Assembly: GCA_050575255.1 (NCBI GenBank)
Contig: JBNZDD010013683.1
Span: 1,959,455 to 2,023,454 of the forward strand
Reading direction: 5' to 3'
DNA length: 64,000 nucleotides
Source: Harriotta raleighana
Taxonomy: Eukaryota
The notes under the pieces: model-generated
Seen by the model: only the letters and a program-made list of their open reading frames with translations
Told to the model about the DNA's origin: nothing
Database searches by the model: none
Program-made: the position numbers and the translations under genes
In this document: positions 13,095 to 25,673 of the stretch, piece by piece
Numbering within the stretch: the stretch's first letter is position 1
Layout of the letters: every line of letters starts with the position of its first letter

Positions 13095-13387
13095 GAGTCC
13101 TGTAGCTCAGTGGTTAGAGCACTCGCCTCACAAGCGAGAGACCTGGGTTCGATGCCAGGCAGGGCGAAACCTGAGGCTAGTTTCCTTACCCCACACGTCT
13201 AATAATAAATCCCTAAAAAAAAAATATTACTTGGTCACTCAATCTGTGACTGTTTGTGGGACACTGCTGTGTGCAATTGGCTGCGCATTTTGCCCACAAA
13301 TATACAGTCAATTCACTTTACGGCTTTGAGACAGCGAGAAGACGTGAAAAGCACTATGTCAAATGCAAGGATTGTGATTAGTATTAT
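13095..13387 (+). mobile_element. tRNA-derived SINE (family A, Deu-type body with L2-like tail), near full length
   Basis: Head GAGTCCTGTAGCTCAGTGGTTAGAGC...GGGTTCGATGCC with A and B boxes; body GGGACACTGCTGTGTGCAATTGGCTGC; tail GTGAAAAGCACTATGTCAAATGCAAGGATT plus (ATT)n; many homologues in the window. Confidence 0.9.
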
Positions 13388-15566
13388 TTGTACTCATTGA
13401 ATCATTTATTCTCTGTTGTCAGAAATTACAAGGGTGCAGCACAAGGCTTACAAACCTATTGTGAAAATGGCCATTAAAGCTCATTAAATGTGGAACTGAT
13501 GTGGATCCAATTATAGCAAGGCACATAACCGCTTCGAATCCGTTTTTTTTTAAATGCACAGATGTGGCCTATATGTCCAATGCAGGCTTGGTACTACAGT
13601 AATAAGAAGCACTCCATATGATGCGTTCACAAGAGAATAGCAACCTGGCTCTGTTTCTGTGTGTCTTGCTGTTCTTTTAAGTGATTCCAATGACAGGATG
13701 GGGGAGAGAAGGAGGCGTTAGGCACACACAAGCGAAGGATCCTTGGGAGCAGAGCGTATCTAAAGCATAGAGTCTGCAGATCAGAATATCAAACTAGGAA
13801 CTTGGAAAGGAGCGGACTCTCTGGAGAGGCAATTATTGAATTTTATCAATTGGATAACCTGAGGGGGTCCATTGTGACAGGAATTGTTATGCCTGCAGTT
13901 GTGTAGGTTACAGCTATCCCTGCTTATTCCAGTCAGCTGGTCATGACTTATTTGGCGTGAGCTGGGAGATCCAAGGCCATCTGCATTCATCAAGTGACTG
14001 ATCAAGAGGCCAGGTTTCACGTTCAAAGAATATAACTTTTGATGGATTGATAAGTCACTGCAATGTTCTAGCTTTCGCTCTTCGCATTTAATGTGATAGA
14101 TGGAAAAACATTTCCAATGCTTATGAAGTTTTTATTGTTAAAAAAGCATAACATCTTTTTTAGTTGGTCTGGCTCCCATTTCACCCAATAATCTTTTTTC
14201 TAATTTTTTTAAAAAAATGCTTCAATCCAGTTAATGGATTTAATCAACGGTGAGTCACTTCCTTTTTTTCCTTTTCCTACTCCTCTTTCGACGAACACAG
14301 ATCCGAGCAGGGCAAGGAACAGAGTTATCAATGAATGTTGAAGAGTTTAAAAACTCCTTTTTGAAAGATGACTATTGTACAAGCTAAAAGGAATGTAGAA
14401 CAAAGTGACTGGCAAAAGCAAAGATGTTCTGTCTCTTTCATTGTTCAATCCCTTCTTAAACTGACTTTCATTCAGTATGTATTGACTGCACAAAAGAAAG
14501 CCAAAGCGTTAATGAGTGTGCTTCAAATGGACTTCCTCCCTTTTGTTGGGGAGCAGAGGACGTGTGTCATTGCTTTCTGAATGTTGTTGAATGCTAATTC
14601 AGCTTTCTCATTTTAATCCCCCTTTGTCACTAGAACTGAGAGGATTTACGTTATTATCACCCTTTCCAATTGTCTGTCTCTCTTTCTCTTCACTCTCTGT
14701 TCTTCTCTGTCTGCCAGCCAGCCAGCCCAGCTGATCAGGCAGTCTGGAATCCCTTATCCTGTTGTATTGATAATTTAAAAATCTTGTATGAAGATCGGTG
14801 AGGAGGGTTTATTAGACTTAAGTTTAGCTTGTTGCTGCGGTTTAGAGAAATTGTGCCCCTGTATTTAGTCTATGTATCAATAAGTAATAGTTTATCACCT
14901 TTTTGATTTACTATTACTTAAATAGACCATTTTAATTGGGGCATTTTATGATCTGTCATGATCAAATTTTGAAGAGCATTATCCATTCCTACAGGTACTT
15001 TGGTTATTTTGAGTACAAGCCAAAGTTGAATAAAAGTATTGGTACGTTCTACCTTAGTATTGCCTTTGTCGTTTTGTATAATCTATGGTTATGGATTTTC
15101 AAAGCAAATTGTTTGTATTCTATGTGCTACTTTTGTGTTTTTTAGTGAAAAAAAATTTAAATGTTAAGTTAAAAAAAAATACCTGCCTCACTCTTTCTTC
15201 TCTCAATCACCAGTTCGTGTTTCTTTCTGTCTACCAGCATCATTAGACACTCTGCAGGGTCCTATTGATGATTGCTGCTATTCAATGTTTATTCTTCTTC
15301 TGCATACCTCTGGCTTCTCAGAAACTAACTAACATTGGTAAGAATACGGACCACCAGTATTGAGGAAAATAAATGATTTACAAAAATGTTTCCTTGTAAT
15401 AATGAGGCATAAGCAACCTGCTGTTCTTCAGAGAATATTTCATTAAATTTAAAATCCCAAACTAGTGTCTGCATCCGTTTGTTTTTTTGTCTTTTTCACT
15501 GTAAATGGGCCACCAGTTTGCTAAAGGGACCAAAATACCCAGAGCAAGAGGCAGTTCACCTGAGGT

Positions 15567-15780
15567 TATGGAATTCTCTCCCCAAAGGGCTTTAGATGCT
15601 CGGTCGTTGAACATATTCAAGACTGAGATTGATAGATTTCTTGTGGATAAAGGGATTAAGGGATATGGGGATAAAGCAGGTAGGTGGAGTTAGAATAGAT
15701 CAGCCATCTGATCTTATTGAATGGTGGGGCAGGCTCGAGGGGCCGAATGGCCTACTCCTGCTCCCAATTCTTATGTTATT
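15567..15780 (+). mobile_element. CR1 LINE 3' end (shark-type)
   Basis: W-N-S-L and FKTEIDRFL...GIKGYG motifs; 3'UTR GCAGGCTCGAGGGGCCGAATGGCCTACTCCTGCTCC; tail TCTTATGTT. Confidence 0.87.
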
Positions 15781-16022
15781 AAAATCAGTTGCTTTTCTCT
15801 AAAATACACACAATACTTTTGGAGGGATGTCCCAAGGTGCTAAAATGATCTAGAATCCCTTCCTCAGTCCTTAGCTGGCTCTAGACTTCTGGCAGATGTG
15901 TTTGAATAAACTTTAAGAATCTAGTATTCAGGTCTCAACAATTGCTGCCGCCCCAATGCCCCCTTCTCTGGTGGTACAAAATTTAGAATAAATAGGATCA
16001 GAATGAGAATTAGTACTAGAAT

Positions 16023-16210
16023 GACCATCGGTGGATGGGCTTTCAGCCTCTCTGTCCCCACATTCTGGAACTCCGTCTCACAGTCCCTTCGCCTCACTCC
16101 CTCCCTCACCTCCTTCAAGGCCGGTCTCAAGACCCTCCTCTTCGACTGTGCCTTCTGTTGCCCCCCGCAACTCTCTCTATTGCTACTGGTCCAGGCTGAG
16201 ATGCTGTGAT
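16023..16210 (+). mobile_element. L2 LINE 3' fragment
   Basis: IGGWAFSLSVPTFWNS...SFKAGLKTLLF; homologous to 16903-17020. Confidence 0.85.
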
Positions 16211-16409
16211 GTGCCAGGTTTCTGCCACTCAATGGTTTGTTAGTACAGTAGTACAGTATGTGGATGGATGTCCAACAAATGGAGCTTGTTTCTCAGTGAA
16301 TTCCTTTTTGGATAAGCCAATTTAATATATGTTTATGGAGGGATCAAAGATTATTAGGATAAGGACAACCATAACTTCTGGAAAAAAATGTTCTTCAGTC
16401 TCAGTGCAA

Positions 16410-17178
16410 TGTTAAGCGAAGCCAGTCAGGAATCTGGGCGTCTTGTTGGACGCCGAACTGTCTTTCCTCCCTCATAACCACTCCATGACCGATACAGCCT
16501 TCCACCACCTCTGCAATATTGCCAGACTCCGCCACTACCTCACCCCCCACACTGCCGAAACACTTATACACACTTTCGTCACATCTAGGCTCGACTCAGG
16601 AACTCTCTCCTCATCGGTCTTCCCAGCTCCTCCCTTCACAGGCTGCAGAACATTCAGAACTCTGCAGCTCGTATACTCGCCTGCACTAGGCTCCGCGACC
16701 ACATCATTCCCACCCTTGCCCGTCTCCTGGCTTCCCATCCCGAAAGAGCATCGAATTTAAGATCCTCGTTCTCACCTTCAAGGCCATTCACAGCCTTGCC
16801 CCCCGTCTATCTCTCCAACTTGCTGTCTCCCTATCAGCCTGCCCGCTGCCCCCTCTGCTCAGCAGACTCAGGCCTGCTCTATGTCCACCGCCCTAACCGC
16901 CCAACCATCGGTGGCCGGGCTTTCAGCCTCTCTGCCCCATCCTGCAATCCCTTCGCCTCGCTTCCTCCTTTTCCTCCTTCAAAGCCAGTCTCACGTCCTT
17001 CCACTTCGACCGCGCCTTTGGCTCCCCTTCTAACTCTTCTCCCTCTCCTACTCTCCTTCCCCTTCCCCCGACCCTGCCCCACCCTGCTCGGGTCCTCACC
17101 TGATTATTCAATGCCATGGGAAGTCCTCTCGACGTGAAAGGCGCTCTATAACTGTAATTTTGTTGTTGTTGTTGTTGT
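16410..17178 (+). mobile_element. L2-clade LINE 3' fragment (ORF2 C-terminus, 3'UTR, (TTG)n tail), frameshifted
   Basis: Peptides LDAELSF, NIARLRHYL, AETLIHTFVTSRLD, WLPI, PVYLSNLL, GGRAFS are typical of the L2 ORF2 end; tail GTGAAAGGCGCTCTATA...(TTG)n. Confidence 0.9.
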
Positions 17179-17461
17179 AAGCAATGGAACATATAATTTC
17201 ATGGCAATCAGCACTAAATCAATCCTCAAATTACTCAGTTACAGGTGTAACAGGAGCTGGCATTAGCCAGCATTTGCTTATAAAAGCCGATACTTTGTTC
17301 TCTTCAGCAATGTAGCTTTGGCAGCAGAGCTCCTTGAAGCTACAATTCTTGTTACTCTGCTTCCGATATTCGTGTTTCAGGTATCAAATAGAATCAATTT
17401 GAGACAAATAAATAGCTGATCCAAGGACTCAACCTCTTTGATCCATGCTCCTATTTTATTT

Positions 17462-17620
17462 ATAATGAGGATCCTTGCATTTGGTATAGCAATGCGCCTC
17501 AAAGCTCTTCACAGGATGTGCTGTAAAGCGGTATGTCTGTGGGTATTGTGGCAGCCAATCTGCGCAACTCATAAGTCTCACAAACGGCCATGGAATGAAC
17601 AATCAATTGTATTTGGGGAG
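17462..17620 (-). mobile_element. SINE family A-like, degenerate fragment
   Basis: ATCCTTGCATTTGGTATAGC...GCAGCCAATCTGCGCA. Confidence 0.7.
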
Positions 17621-19584
17621 GGATGGTCGCTCTGGACACAAGAAGATATTCCCTTCTCTTCATTTCTATGGTACTTTATAACTTTCCCCCCCAACACCAA
17701 TTCAAGATTTACAAAACTCCACAGCACACAATCTGTTTCGCATATTTGCTAAGTTTGTCTTCAATGTATAATATTTCTTTGTTTAGTGCTGCCTGTGCTA
17801 TCCTTTAGGGGTGATGTCTTCCTCACCCTGAGTCTGTAGGGTGAAACAAATCACCATGATTGATGCAGTACATCATGAAGTTGGGGATGCAATCTACACA
17901 GTTCCACAACTCCTGCACTGTATATAAAACAGCTCCGCCACCTAACAAAGCCATTTACCCCAGGGACAGATCAACTTGACTGCTGTTTGTTGACAGGAGC
18001 ATTTGGCATGTTTACAGGCTTTTCTACTTCAATTACTTGCTTCATTTTCCTCTTGATCTTTTAGATTTTTCCTCGAGCATGTTTCATCGTAAACCAAAGG
18101 TATTTTAATTTTTTTTTACCAGTAAGTAACTACAAACTCATAATGCTGCAAAGTCTTCAACTTCCAGAGCTTGTTACTGTATTTTGTTGATGCCAGTTCC
18201 CCATTGTCTCATCTTTTAAAATCTCCATTGCCACAATAACCCTTTGAGTTGTTTTTTAAAACGTTGGGTGTTCAGAAACACAAACGCATGATCATTGAGT
18301 CTTCAGTTTGTGCTGTCATCGGTAGGTAGTTCCAGATAAATATCACTGGAATAATTTCCCTTCAAGGTGAAATCATCAGGAATGTTGCCCACTTCATCCT
18401 TGCTCTCCTGGGACTTAAAGAAAGCCAGACTCTCACCCACTGCCCTCCCCAATGAGAAAAGCACGCATGCCTGGCAGGGTCTAGTAAACTGTCCAAAAAG
18501 GTCAGAAACAGATGATTCGGAGACTGTTAACATATTGGGGTCTCTACAATACACCTGATTATTTTTTTTCTATCTATCATCAGTGTCCATACATTACTGC
18601 AGACTGACGATGTACTTCATATTTGGAGGAGTGGGATGGTGGGATGGGGTGGGGGTAGGATATTTTTAGAATTAGAAATTAGATTCTCTCTTCCCTTCTG
18701 TTGAGGGTAATTCCTATTACATTAAAAAAAAACCTCCTGCTGTTCGAAAGAGCGTTTTTGTGTTATGGGAGTAAACAAGAAGTACCCTTTGAAATAATGT
18801 GCTCGAGCTTGGATGAGGAATGGTAATTTATCAATTGTTAATTTATTTACCCGGACACCAATGTAATAGAGTGTGTTGATTCCAGCATTTTATTCCCGAT
18901 CTCAGACACACACAGTGATTATTTCACTTCTTGTTTTGATTAATACTGCCAATCCAGCCTGTTGTGTGAATGCCATCTAATCTATTTGATGTCTATATGT
19001 GTTGGGCGAAGGCCAGATGTTATTGGAATTAATCCATTCATGTGGTATTCTACTAATCTTTGATGAAATCTGAAATGGTACCACAACATTTTTTTTCTAA
19101 ATTGGTTAACTCTTTGAATACTTGGCTGCAGTTTTGAACCAGATAAAATGCAAAGGTAACGGCTTGATTGAAAGACTTCTGAACAAAATACTTATTGGTT
19201 CTTTGTGTTCTCAAACATTTTTAAAAGTGGGGCAAACGAGAAAAAATATTGGGTGTCCAAAATTAACTGGAAACAAAGTAACATTGGCAGATCCCTGGGA
19301 AAATGTGGCTCAGCGAATTATTTGGGATCCTGAAAGATAAATATATATTTGCATCAAAACACACACTTTGCCTTTGGTAAAAGGTGTAAAATCAAGTTTA
19401 TTTTTGCATACAGCGTTTACAGAGAAACATTGTATGGTGCAACATTGTTATTTAGAGTGATATACACAGAAACAGGCCCAACTAGTCGTTCCCAGTGATT
19501 ATACTCCATTCAGGTTCTCACCCTTCCTATTACTCTTTACTATACCCCCTCCATTCCCCTTTCTCTCCTAGACCCATTAGGTTT

Positions 19585-19813
19585 TCCAGGCAGAGTAAGG
19601 TGAGTTTACTCACTCTACATGCCTAATAATAATCCCTCCAAAAATAACTATAATAAAAATTGGTCATTTCAATTCATGGCTGTGCAATTGGCTGCCCTCG
19701 TTTCGCCCACAAATATCCAATCAATTCACTTTACAGTTTATTCTGTGAAACGCTTTGCGAAGTTTAGAAGATGTGAAAAGCGCTATATCAAATGCAAGGA
19801 TCATTATTATTAT
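19585..19813 (+). mobile_element. SINE family A, 5' truncated
   Basis: GCTGTGCAATTGGCTGCC...GTGAAAAGCGCTATATCAAATGCAAGGATCATTATTAT. Confidence 0.87.
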
Positions 19814-20576
19814 CCATTAAGCCACAATAAAAATAGCTGTGAGCTTTCAGAACAAAGCCCTGGTAAGTCTCAGAATACTTGTCCAACTCTTCCCACATTT
19901 ATTGGGCCTTTGGCTTACAGACGGGTCTCATTGTTGACGAACAACAATGACTTGGGCTCTTGGATTGTTATTGACCTGTTACATTCGATGCCCTCGTTTT
20001 CACTGATCTCAGAAGGGTGAAAGGTTTTTTATGTGAGCGCTTCAGAATCTCTATAAATTGTGCTGCTTTTCAGGTGGAACGTGTGACCTTCAAAGAAAAT
20101 CTGCAGTCGGGATGCCTATTCAGTCAAAAGCTCTTTTGTTTCCCGCACACAATATGTTGGCACAGTAACTTTGCACTATGATTTATTTTACTGTTAAGTT
20201 TTTTTTTCCCCCCTTGTTGGAAGTAAAAACAAATAAGGAGACTATTGCGCTCTTACACTAATTTGCTATAAAAATCAAATAGCTGTTTAGGTGTGTTAAT
20301 ATCTTAATTTTCCAAGTTGAGAGTTGTATTAGTACAGTAGTAACTGTAATTCAATTAACTGAATGATAAGTATGTCTAATCTTCTTCTCTGTCTTTTCTG
20401 AATTGCACCGTCAAAAGCTTGCATTTCCTGTTTGGTTAGACACTACAGTTCTTCGAATTTATCATAGTCACCTCTTGGTATGTTATTTTCTGCAGCAAAA
20501 AACAATATGATCTTGTTTATCTCCCTCTCTCTGATCCCCTCCTGTCAGATTAAATCTCAGGATTATTATAATACTG

Positions 20577-20913
20577 TAATAATAATCCTTGCATTTGATA
20601 TAGCACCTTATCACATCTTCGAGATGCCTCAAAGCGCTTCACAGAATATACTGTAAAGTGAATTGACTGTATGTTTTGTGGACAAAATGCAGCAGCCAAT
20701 TATGAACAGCGACTTCCCACAAAGAGTTGTGAATTTAAGTTATTACCTCTGGAAAACTGATTCACCAATCGACTAACAACCTGGTTCGTACTTAGTGCTA
20801 GGTAAACAGAGATGTGTGGAGTGAGGAAACTTGCTCAACATTTCACCCTGTCTGGGAATCATACACAGGTGTCTCGCTTGCAAGGCGAGTGGTCTAACCA
20901 CTGAACTACAGGA
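20577..20913 (-). mobile_element. SINE family A, near full length
   Basis: Same tail and tRNA-like head on the minus strand. Confidence 0.88.
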
Positions 20914-21199
20914 TTGATTAAAGAGCGAAAATGAGTAAAATGATTCCTTAATCAATGCATATTATCTTCCATCTTTCATTAGTGCTTTTCAGTACTCAAA
21001 ACAAATCACGGGGGAACCCAATAAAACGTAACTACAGGAAGATATGCATACCACAAGGGCAGGAAGCCATTCAGCTCATCAAACTCACATTCAGCAGTGA
21101 ATATGATAATTTAATCCCAGTGTTTCACCCTATTGCCATTCGCCTTCATGAACAATGTCTGAATTGTCTACAATACAAAAGTCATAGTGTAGGACTGCA

Positions 21200-21508
21200 A
21201 TCCTCGGCATCTCTAACCATCTCTCTCCTCATAGCTGCCCCCGCTGCCTCCACTCTACTGGGTCCGGCCTCCTCCTTGACTTCCGAATCCTCCCCTCCAC
21301 CATCGGCAGCCATGCTTTCAGCCACTAAACCCCGAAACTTAGGAACCCTCTCTCACCCCTTTCGCCTCACCCACTCCTTCCCCAGAAGATATTTCTGTTC
21401 AGCCGTGCTTGCAGTCACCTTCCCTCTCTCCCTGGCTCCGCCATTGTTAAGTGCTCTGATCTACACCCGGCATGGAGGGCGCTATATAAATGCTAATTGT
21501 TGTTTTTG
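21200..21508 (+). mobile_element. L2 LINE 3' end fragment
   Basis: CCATCGGCAGCCATGCTTTCAGC...GGCGCTATATAAATGCTAATTGTTGTT. Confidence 0.78.
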
Positions 21509-24204
21509 TATGTGATATAAAGGAGAATCCTTGTTAGCAATCATAATTAGGGTCCAATATTTGGATGTCAGAAAGTTCCCTACATTGTTTTTGCAATATT
21601 GAAGTTAATCTTGTGCCTGTTATGAGACAAGATGGTGGGCAATAACTACAGCAAAGCATTACATGGTTGTCAGAATGTCATATCTGAAGACACAAATACA
21701 GAGCATTATCACAATAAATGGTTCAGAATCTGTGTCGGACAAAATAAGTTCAATATACTGTATATGGATTTGTAATGAACTAGATTTTGTTAAGTTGGTG
21801 GAGCTGGCTGAAAAGTAAATGTAAATTGCAGTTCTTTGCAATTAAATGGGTGTGTGGATTTAAGCTTCGTGTAATGATCTGGAACAGATCAGGGTGCTCA
21901 TGTGTTTTTTTCTTTTGGAACACAGCGAGGGTTTCATTCAGATGCTTATTCTGCACCTCTGCTGGGGTTGGCTCAGGTTCTTTTAGTCCAAAATAATGCT
22001 GTTTTTCTGAAGGCCTTCTGAAATCACCGGACTTGTAGACACTGCACTTTGCGTTTCTCTGTGCAATTGGGAAGTGTACAGTGATAGAGGGTAGATGAGA
22101 ATCTTATGCTTCAATGATCCATTTAGTCAGATGTAGCGATCCGTACGTACATGGCATGTCAATTCGAATTTTGTATTATAAAACTTTGAAGCAATCTTCT
22201 CAGCGTGTGAAATGCTAATCCCTGCATTGTGCTGTGCGGTATTGATGACACTCATTTCACAATAAAAAAATTTTTGCTCTAGCATTTTGCCTAGGGGACC
22301 ATTATGATTTTAGTAGCTTTTTGGAAAAAAAAAGTAGCCTGTGCTGGTTGCTGACTGAAAATGAATGGATGGATTTGCTTTGAACTCACTGGAGTGAGGT
22401 CTTTTTCACCAAGGTTACGAAAGTATTTTCGTTTCAATTCAGTATTTTCTTCAGTAATGACGTCTAACAATAAGAATATTCTTCGTCCCAAATGCTGATG
22501 TGCAGGACAGGACCTATGTGTGTAGACGAAGACGAACAAAATAAAATGAAAGCTTTTCCTGAAATCAACTTGCAGCCGGTCTACTTTTCATCTCGAATGG
22601 TCCCAGGTATTTTTGTGAGCGCTTTCTCAGGAAAGGTTGAAAACAATGCTCGGATCCAAACGTTGTTGCCTGTGCTGTGCCAGTGCATTTGGTTTCTCGA
22701 CATTTCAACCCAAACGCAGCATTCATTGTTTAAATCAAATCACAATATATTTGTACATCCACCGTGATGGGAAGCGAGTATATGAACTCGGGCTAGCAAA
22801 CCTGTAGGGGCTGAACGTTTCATTTTCAGAGCTCTTGGGCTCAGTCCTTTGACCTAAAAATAGGGTTGACCTCCAGTTGTCCTTAGGGTACACATGCTTT
22901 TGATTGTAGCACATTACAACATTGACAGGTGTGTACGCTCAGCTGTTTTCCAGTGATTAATGACTGAAGGATTGTATTGTTTTGTACTGAAGGTTTGTAC
23001 AGTTATTTTTATGCTTGACATGGGAGACCTGACCATGTTCCAATGTTGCTCAGAAGATCTAAAGTTTTATGTGTCTGTGCGGAGCATTTAGGTAGACTTT
23101 AAAGAGCTTGTGGTAGTATTTTGAGGAAGAGAAGGGATTTTTTTTTGCTGGTGTCACAGACAATCTTCTGCCTCTCAAATTCAACTCCAAATCTTCTATC
23201 TTATGTAGTGAAAATGTAATGTAGCTTAACTTACCAAGGGAGCTTAATTAAGCTTAACTTAATTAGAGCATTAATTGCTGGAAATGGGGAAAGATGACTA
23301 ATTCATTGAGAGGTCTACTATACCACGGGGTTTAAAAAGCATTCATCTGGATTGAATATTTCAGATGCCATATTATAAATGAAATATGAAAAATGTTTTG
23401 ACTTCTTGATTGTCATTATAAGCTTGCAACAAAACAAATCACTACAAATGGCCCACATAATGGGGCTAATTATCTGCACAGACTCATTCTGTACTTTTTC
23501 CAGACTAGACTGTCGTGATGCTCTTTTAAAGCGACTGAGGCACTAGATTTTTCAATGTCAAGATTTCAAGATTTTCCAGGTTTGGAATGGGTGCAATACC
23601 ATCCCACGATGCTTTCAGTGACAACCATATACTACTATGATTTAAATGTAATTTTATGACAGAAGAAACCGCGAGGAAATTGATAAATGGGCTGGTTTAT
23701 CCAAGGTTGCTTCCACTGTTAATCATCTGTCCTCGAATATCAGCGGGCCCTACATTATGCTTTTTAGAATTGTTTATAATAATTTTTCCTGATGCAGAAG
23801 AAGTGGAGGTGCTTACCTCTGTCAGGCTCTCAGCTAAGAACTGATGAAACCAGTTGAATGGATTAGAACTGTGGCAAGTGTACTTTTAGCAATGCACAGC
23901 TTGGACACTCAGTCCTGTGAAATCTCCACACATGGATGTAAACCCAACGCTGGAATGAATCACTGAAGGTGTAAGATCACCCTTGCAATCGACCTAGTTA
24001 CAAATTCATGACACTGTCAAAGTCGGTCTTGACACAGAGACACCTTAACATTAATCTGCTCCACAGTTATTGTAAAATAAACCATGCATTAAAATTGTCA
24101 AATTGTGATACAATGAGGTTTTATGGGCTGTAACGTTAAAAGAGGATTCTGATGAAGGAGTATATTCTATATTTCATGCCGCAGCCTGAAACAAACTGGA
24201 ATAT

Positions 24205-24467
24205 GCTCCCTGCCCCCACCATTGGCGGGCGAGGTATGATTCAGCTCTTTGGCACTCTCTTCTAGAATCCCTTCACCTGACACTTTCTCTCTCTCAGCTT
24301 TTAAATCTTTGAGTGCAACTTCAGTCGACTCCTGCCTCCCCCACCACCACCACCACCACCCCACTATATCTCCCTCGCAGCTCAGGGATCCTACTGTGTC
24401 TTTGCAAGCTGCTTTGAGACATTCTCCTTCTGTGAAAGAGGTTATATAAATGCAAATTATTGTTGTT
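24205..24467 (+). mobile_element. L2 LINE 3' end fragment
   Basis: CCACCATTGGCGGGCGAG...TATATAAATGCAAATTATTGTTGTT. Confidence 0.7.
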
Positions 24468-24524
24468 CAGCTCATCGAGACTATGCCAAACTGGGAATTG
24501 TCTTTTTTTTAAAAAAAAGTCATT

Positions 24525-24625
24525 CTTATTAAATCCCTTTCCAGTTCTTTGTCCACATCTGTTAACATTATTAATTTTCAGGTGTCTATCCAATTCTCTT
24601 TGAATGATGTGAGAGTGTACAATCA
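24525..24625 (-). mobile_element. CR1 LINE fragment
   Basis: Minus-strand translation includes QRELDRHLK. Confidence 0.55.
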
Positions 24626-25394
24626 CGAATGCACAACTTGAGATTTACAATAGAAAATTGTCATGGCAAAGTTCAGTTGTATTTTCTTACATTTTTAAAA
24701 ACTGAAATATGGCTGATAAGTCACCTCAGCTTGATTGGATGTGTGATAACAACACCTGGTATTCCAGAATAACTATATAACAGCTGATTCAGTATCCCGC
24801 TGCTAAAATATAGTTTTTTTTTAAAAAATCACTGAATCCATATCAGGCAGTGAATATTATGGATGACTTATAAACATGTTTGCCACAGCATTTATAGGGT
24901 GGCTACCAGTAGTGAGTCAAACTTTCTGAATGTTTCCTCCCAAGGATTGCAGCAAGATCCACTGCTGGGGTCCACTGCATTCCTCCACTCATTTACATCG
25001 TCCGTCTCAACTAATGTGTCCTGACTTGGACACGGAGCTCGATGATTAGAATGGATGCAAGGCTTCTTGTAGTGGTAGGGATGGAGCCATTCAGCATCAG
25101 GGAGAAATTTTGCTTACTGCCTCTTTTTAGGTTTGAGTAAGTTTCCCTGATGGTGGTTGAATTACACACAATAGTGATTAAAATTTTAGTGAGAAGGCAA
25201 TCATTTAGTAATTCCTCTGAAGCTCCTTGTCTTTTAAAAACAAGTAGGGTGTTGCTTTTCTTAATTATCCGCTGTCTAATCTCTTGTTTCTTTATTCCAG
25301 GGGCGCTCACATTATCTCTCAGACTTCAGTCTCGCTGTTTCTCTTGGTTAACAATGGGTGATCGGTGGGCAGATATGCCATTTGGTATCGTATT

Positions 25395-25665
25395 GAGCCA
25401 TACAGGCTAAGGAAAGTTGCAGGAACAATCCTTGCTCTGTGCTGACTAGCAGATCTCTGCCAGAGTCATGGAGAAGTTCGAGCATTGATCTCAGCTCCCC
25501 TTACGCTATGAAGAGGAAAATCAATAAAATCAACTGGAGTTACCGCTGCTGACTGCTAGCCGGTGTTCTCCAGAATGTATTAAACACAGAATGGGGGTTG
25601 GGTTAGACAGTCAACTGCCCACAGCCAAGTAGCCTGTTAATACTTTGTAGGCTGAGTCATGGAGT
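25395..25665 (+). repeat. Older interspersed repeat family B
   Basis: GAGCCATACAG...TGTGCTGA...GATCTC...TAGCCTG blocks shared with other copies. Confidence 0.55.
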
Positions 25666-25673
25666 ATTTACTT

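Noticed and set aside
13095-13168. Bona fide tRNA-Val(CAC) gene
   Set aside because: The acceptor stem is incomplete and the sequence runs directly into a SINE body and tail present in many diverged copies.
20955-21515. 186-aa ORF
   Set aside because: It runs through a decayed L2 fragment and encodes no coherent protein.
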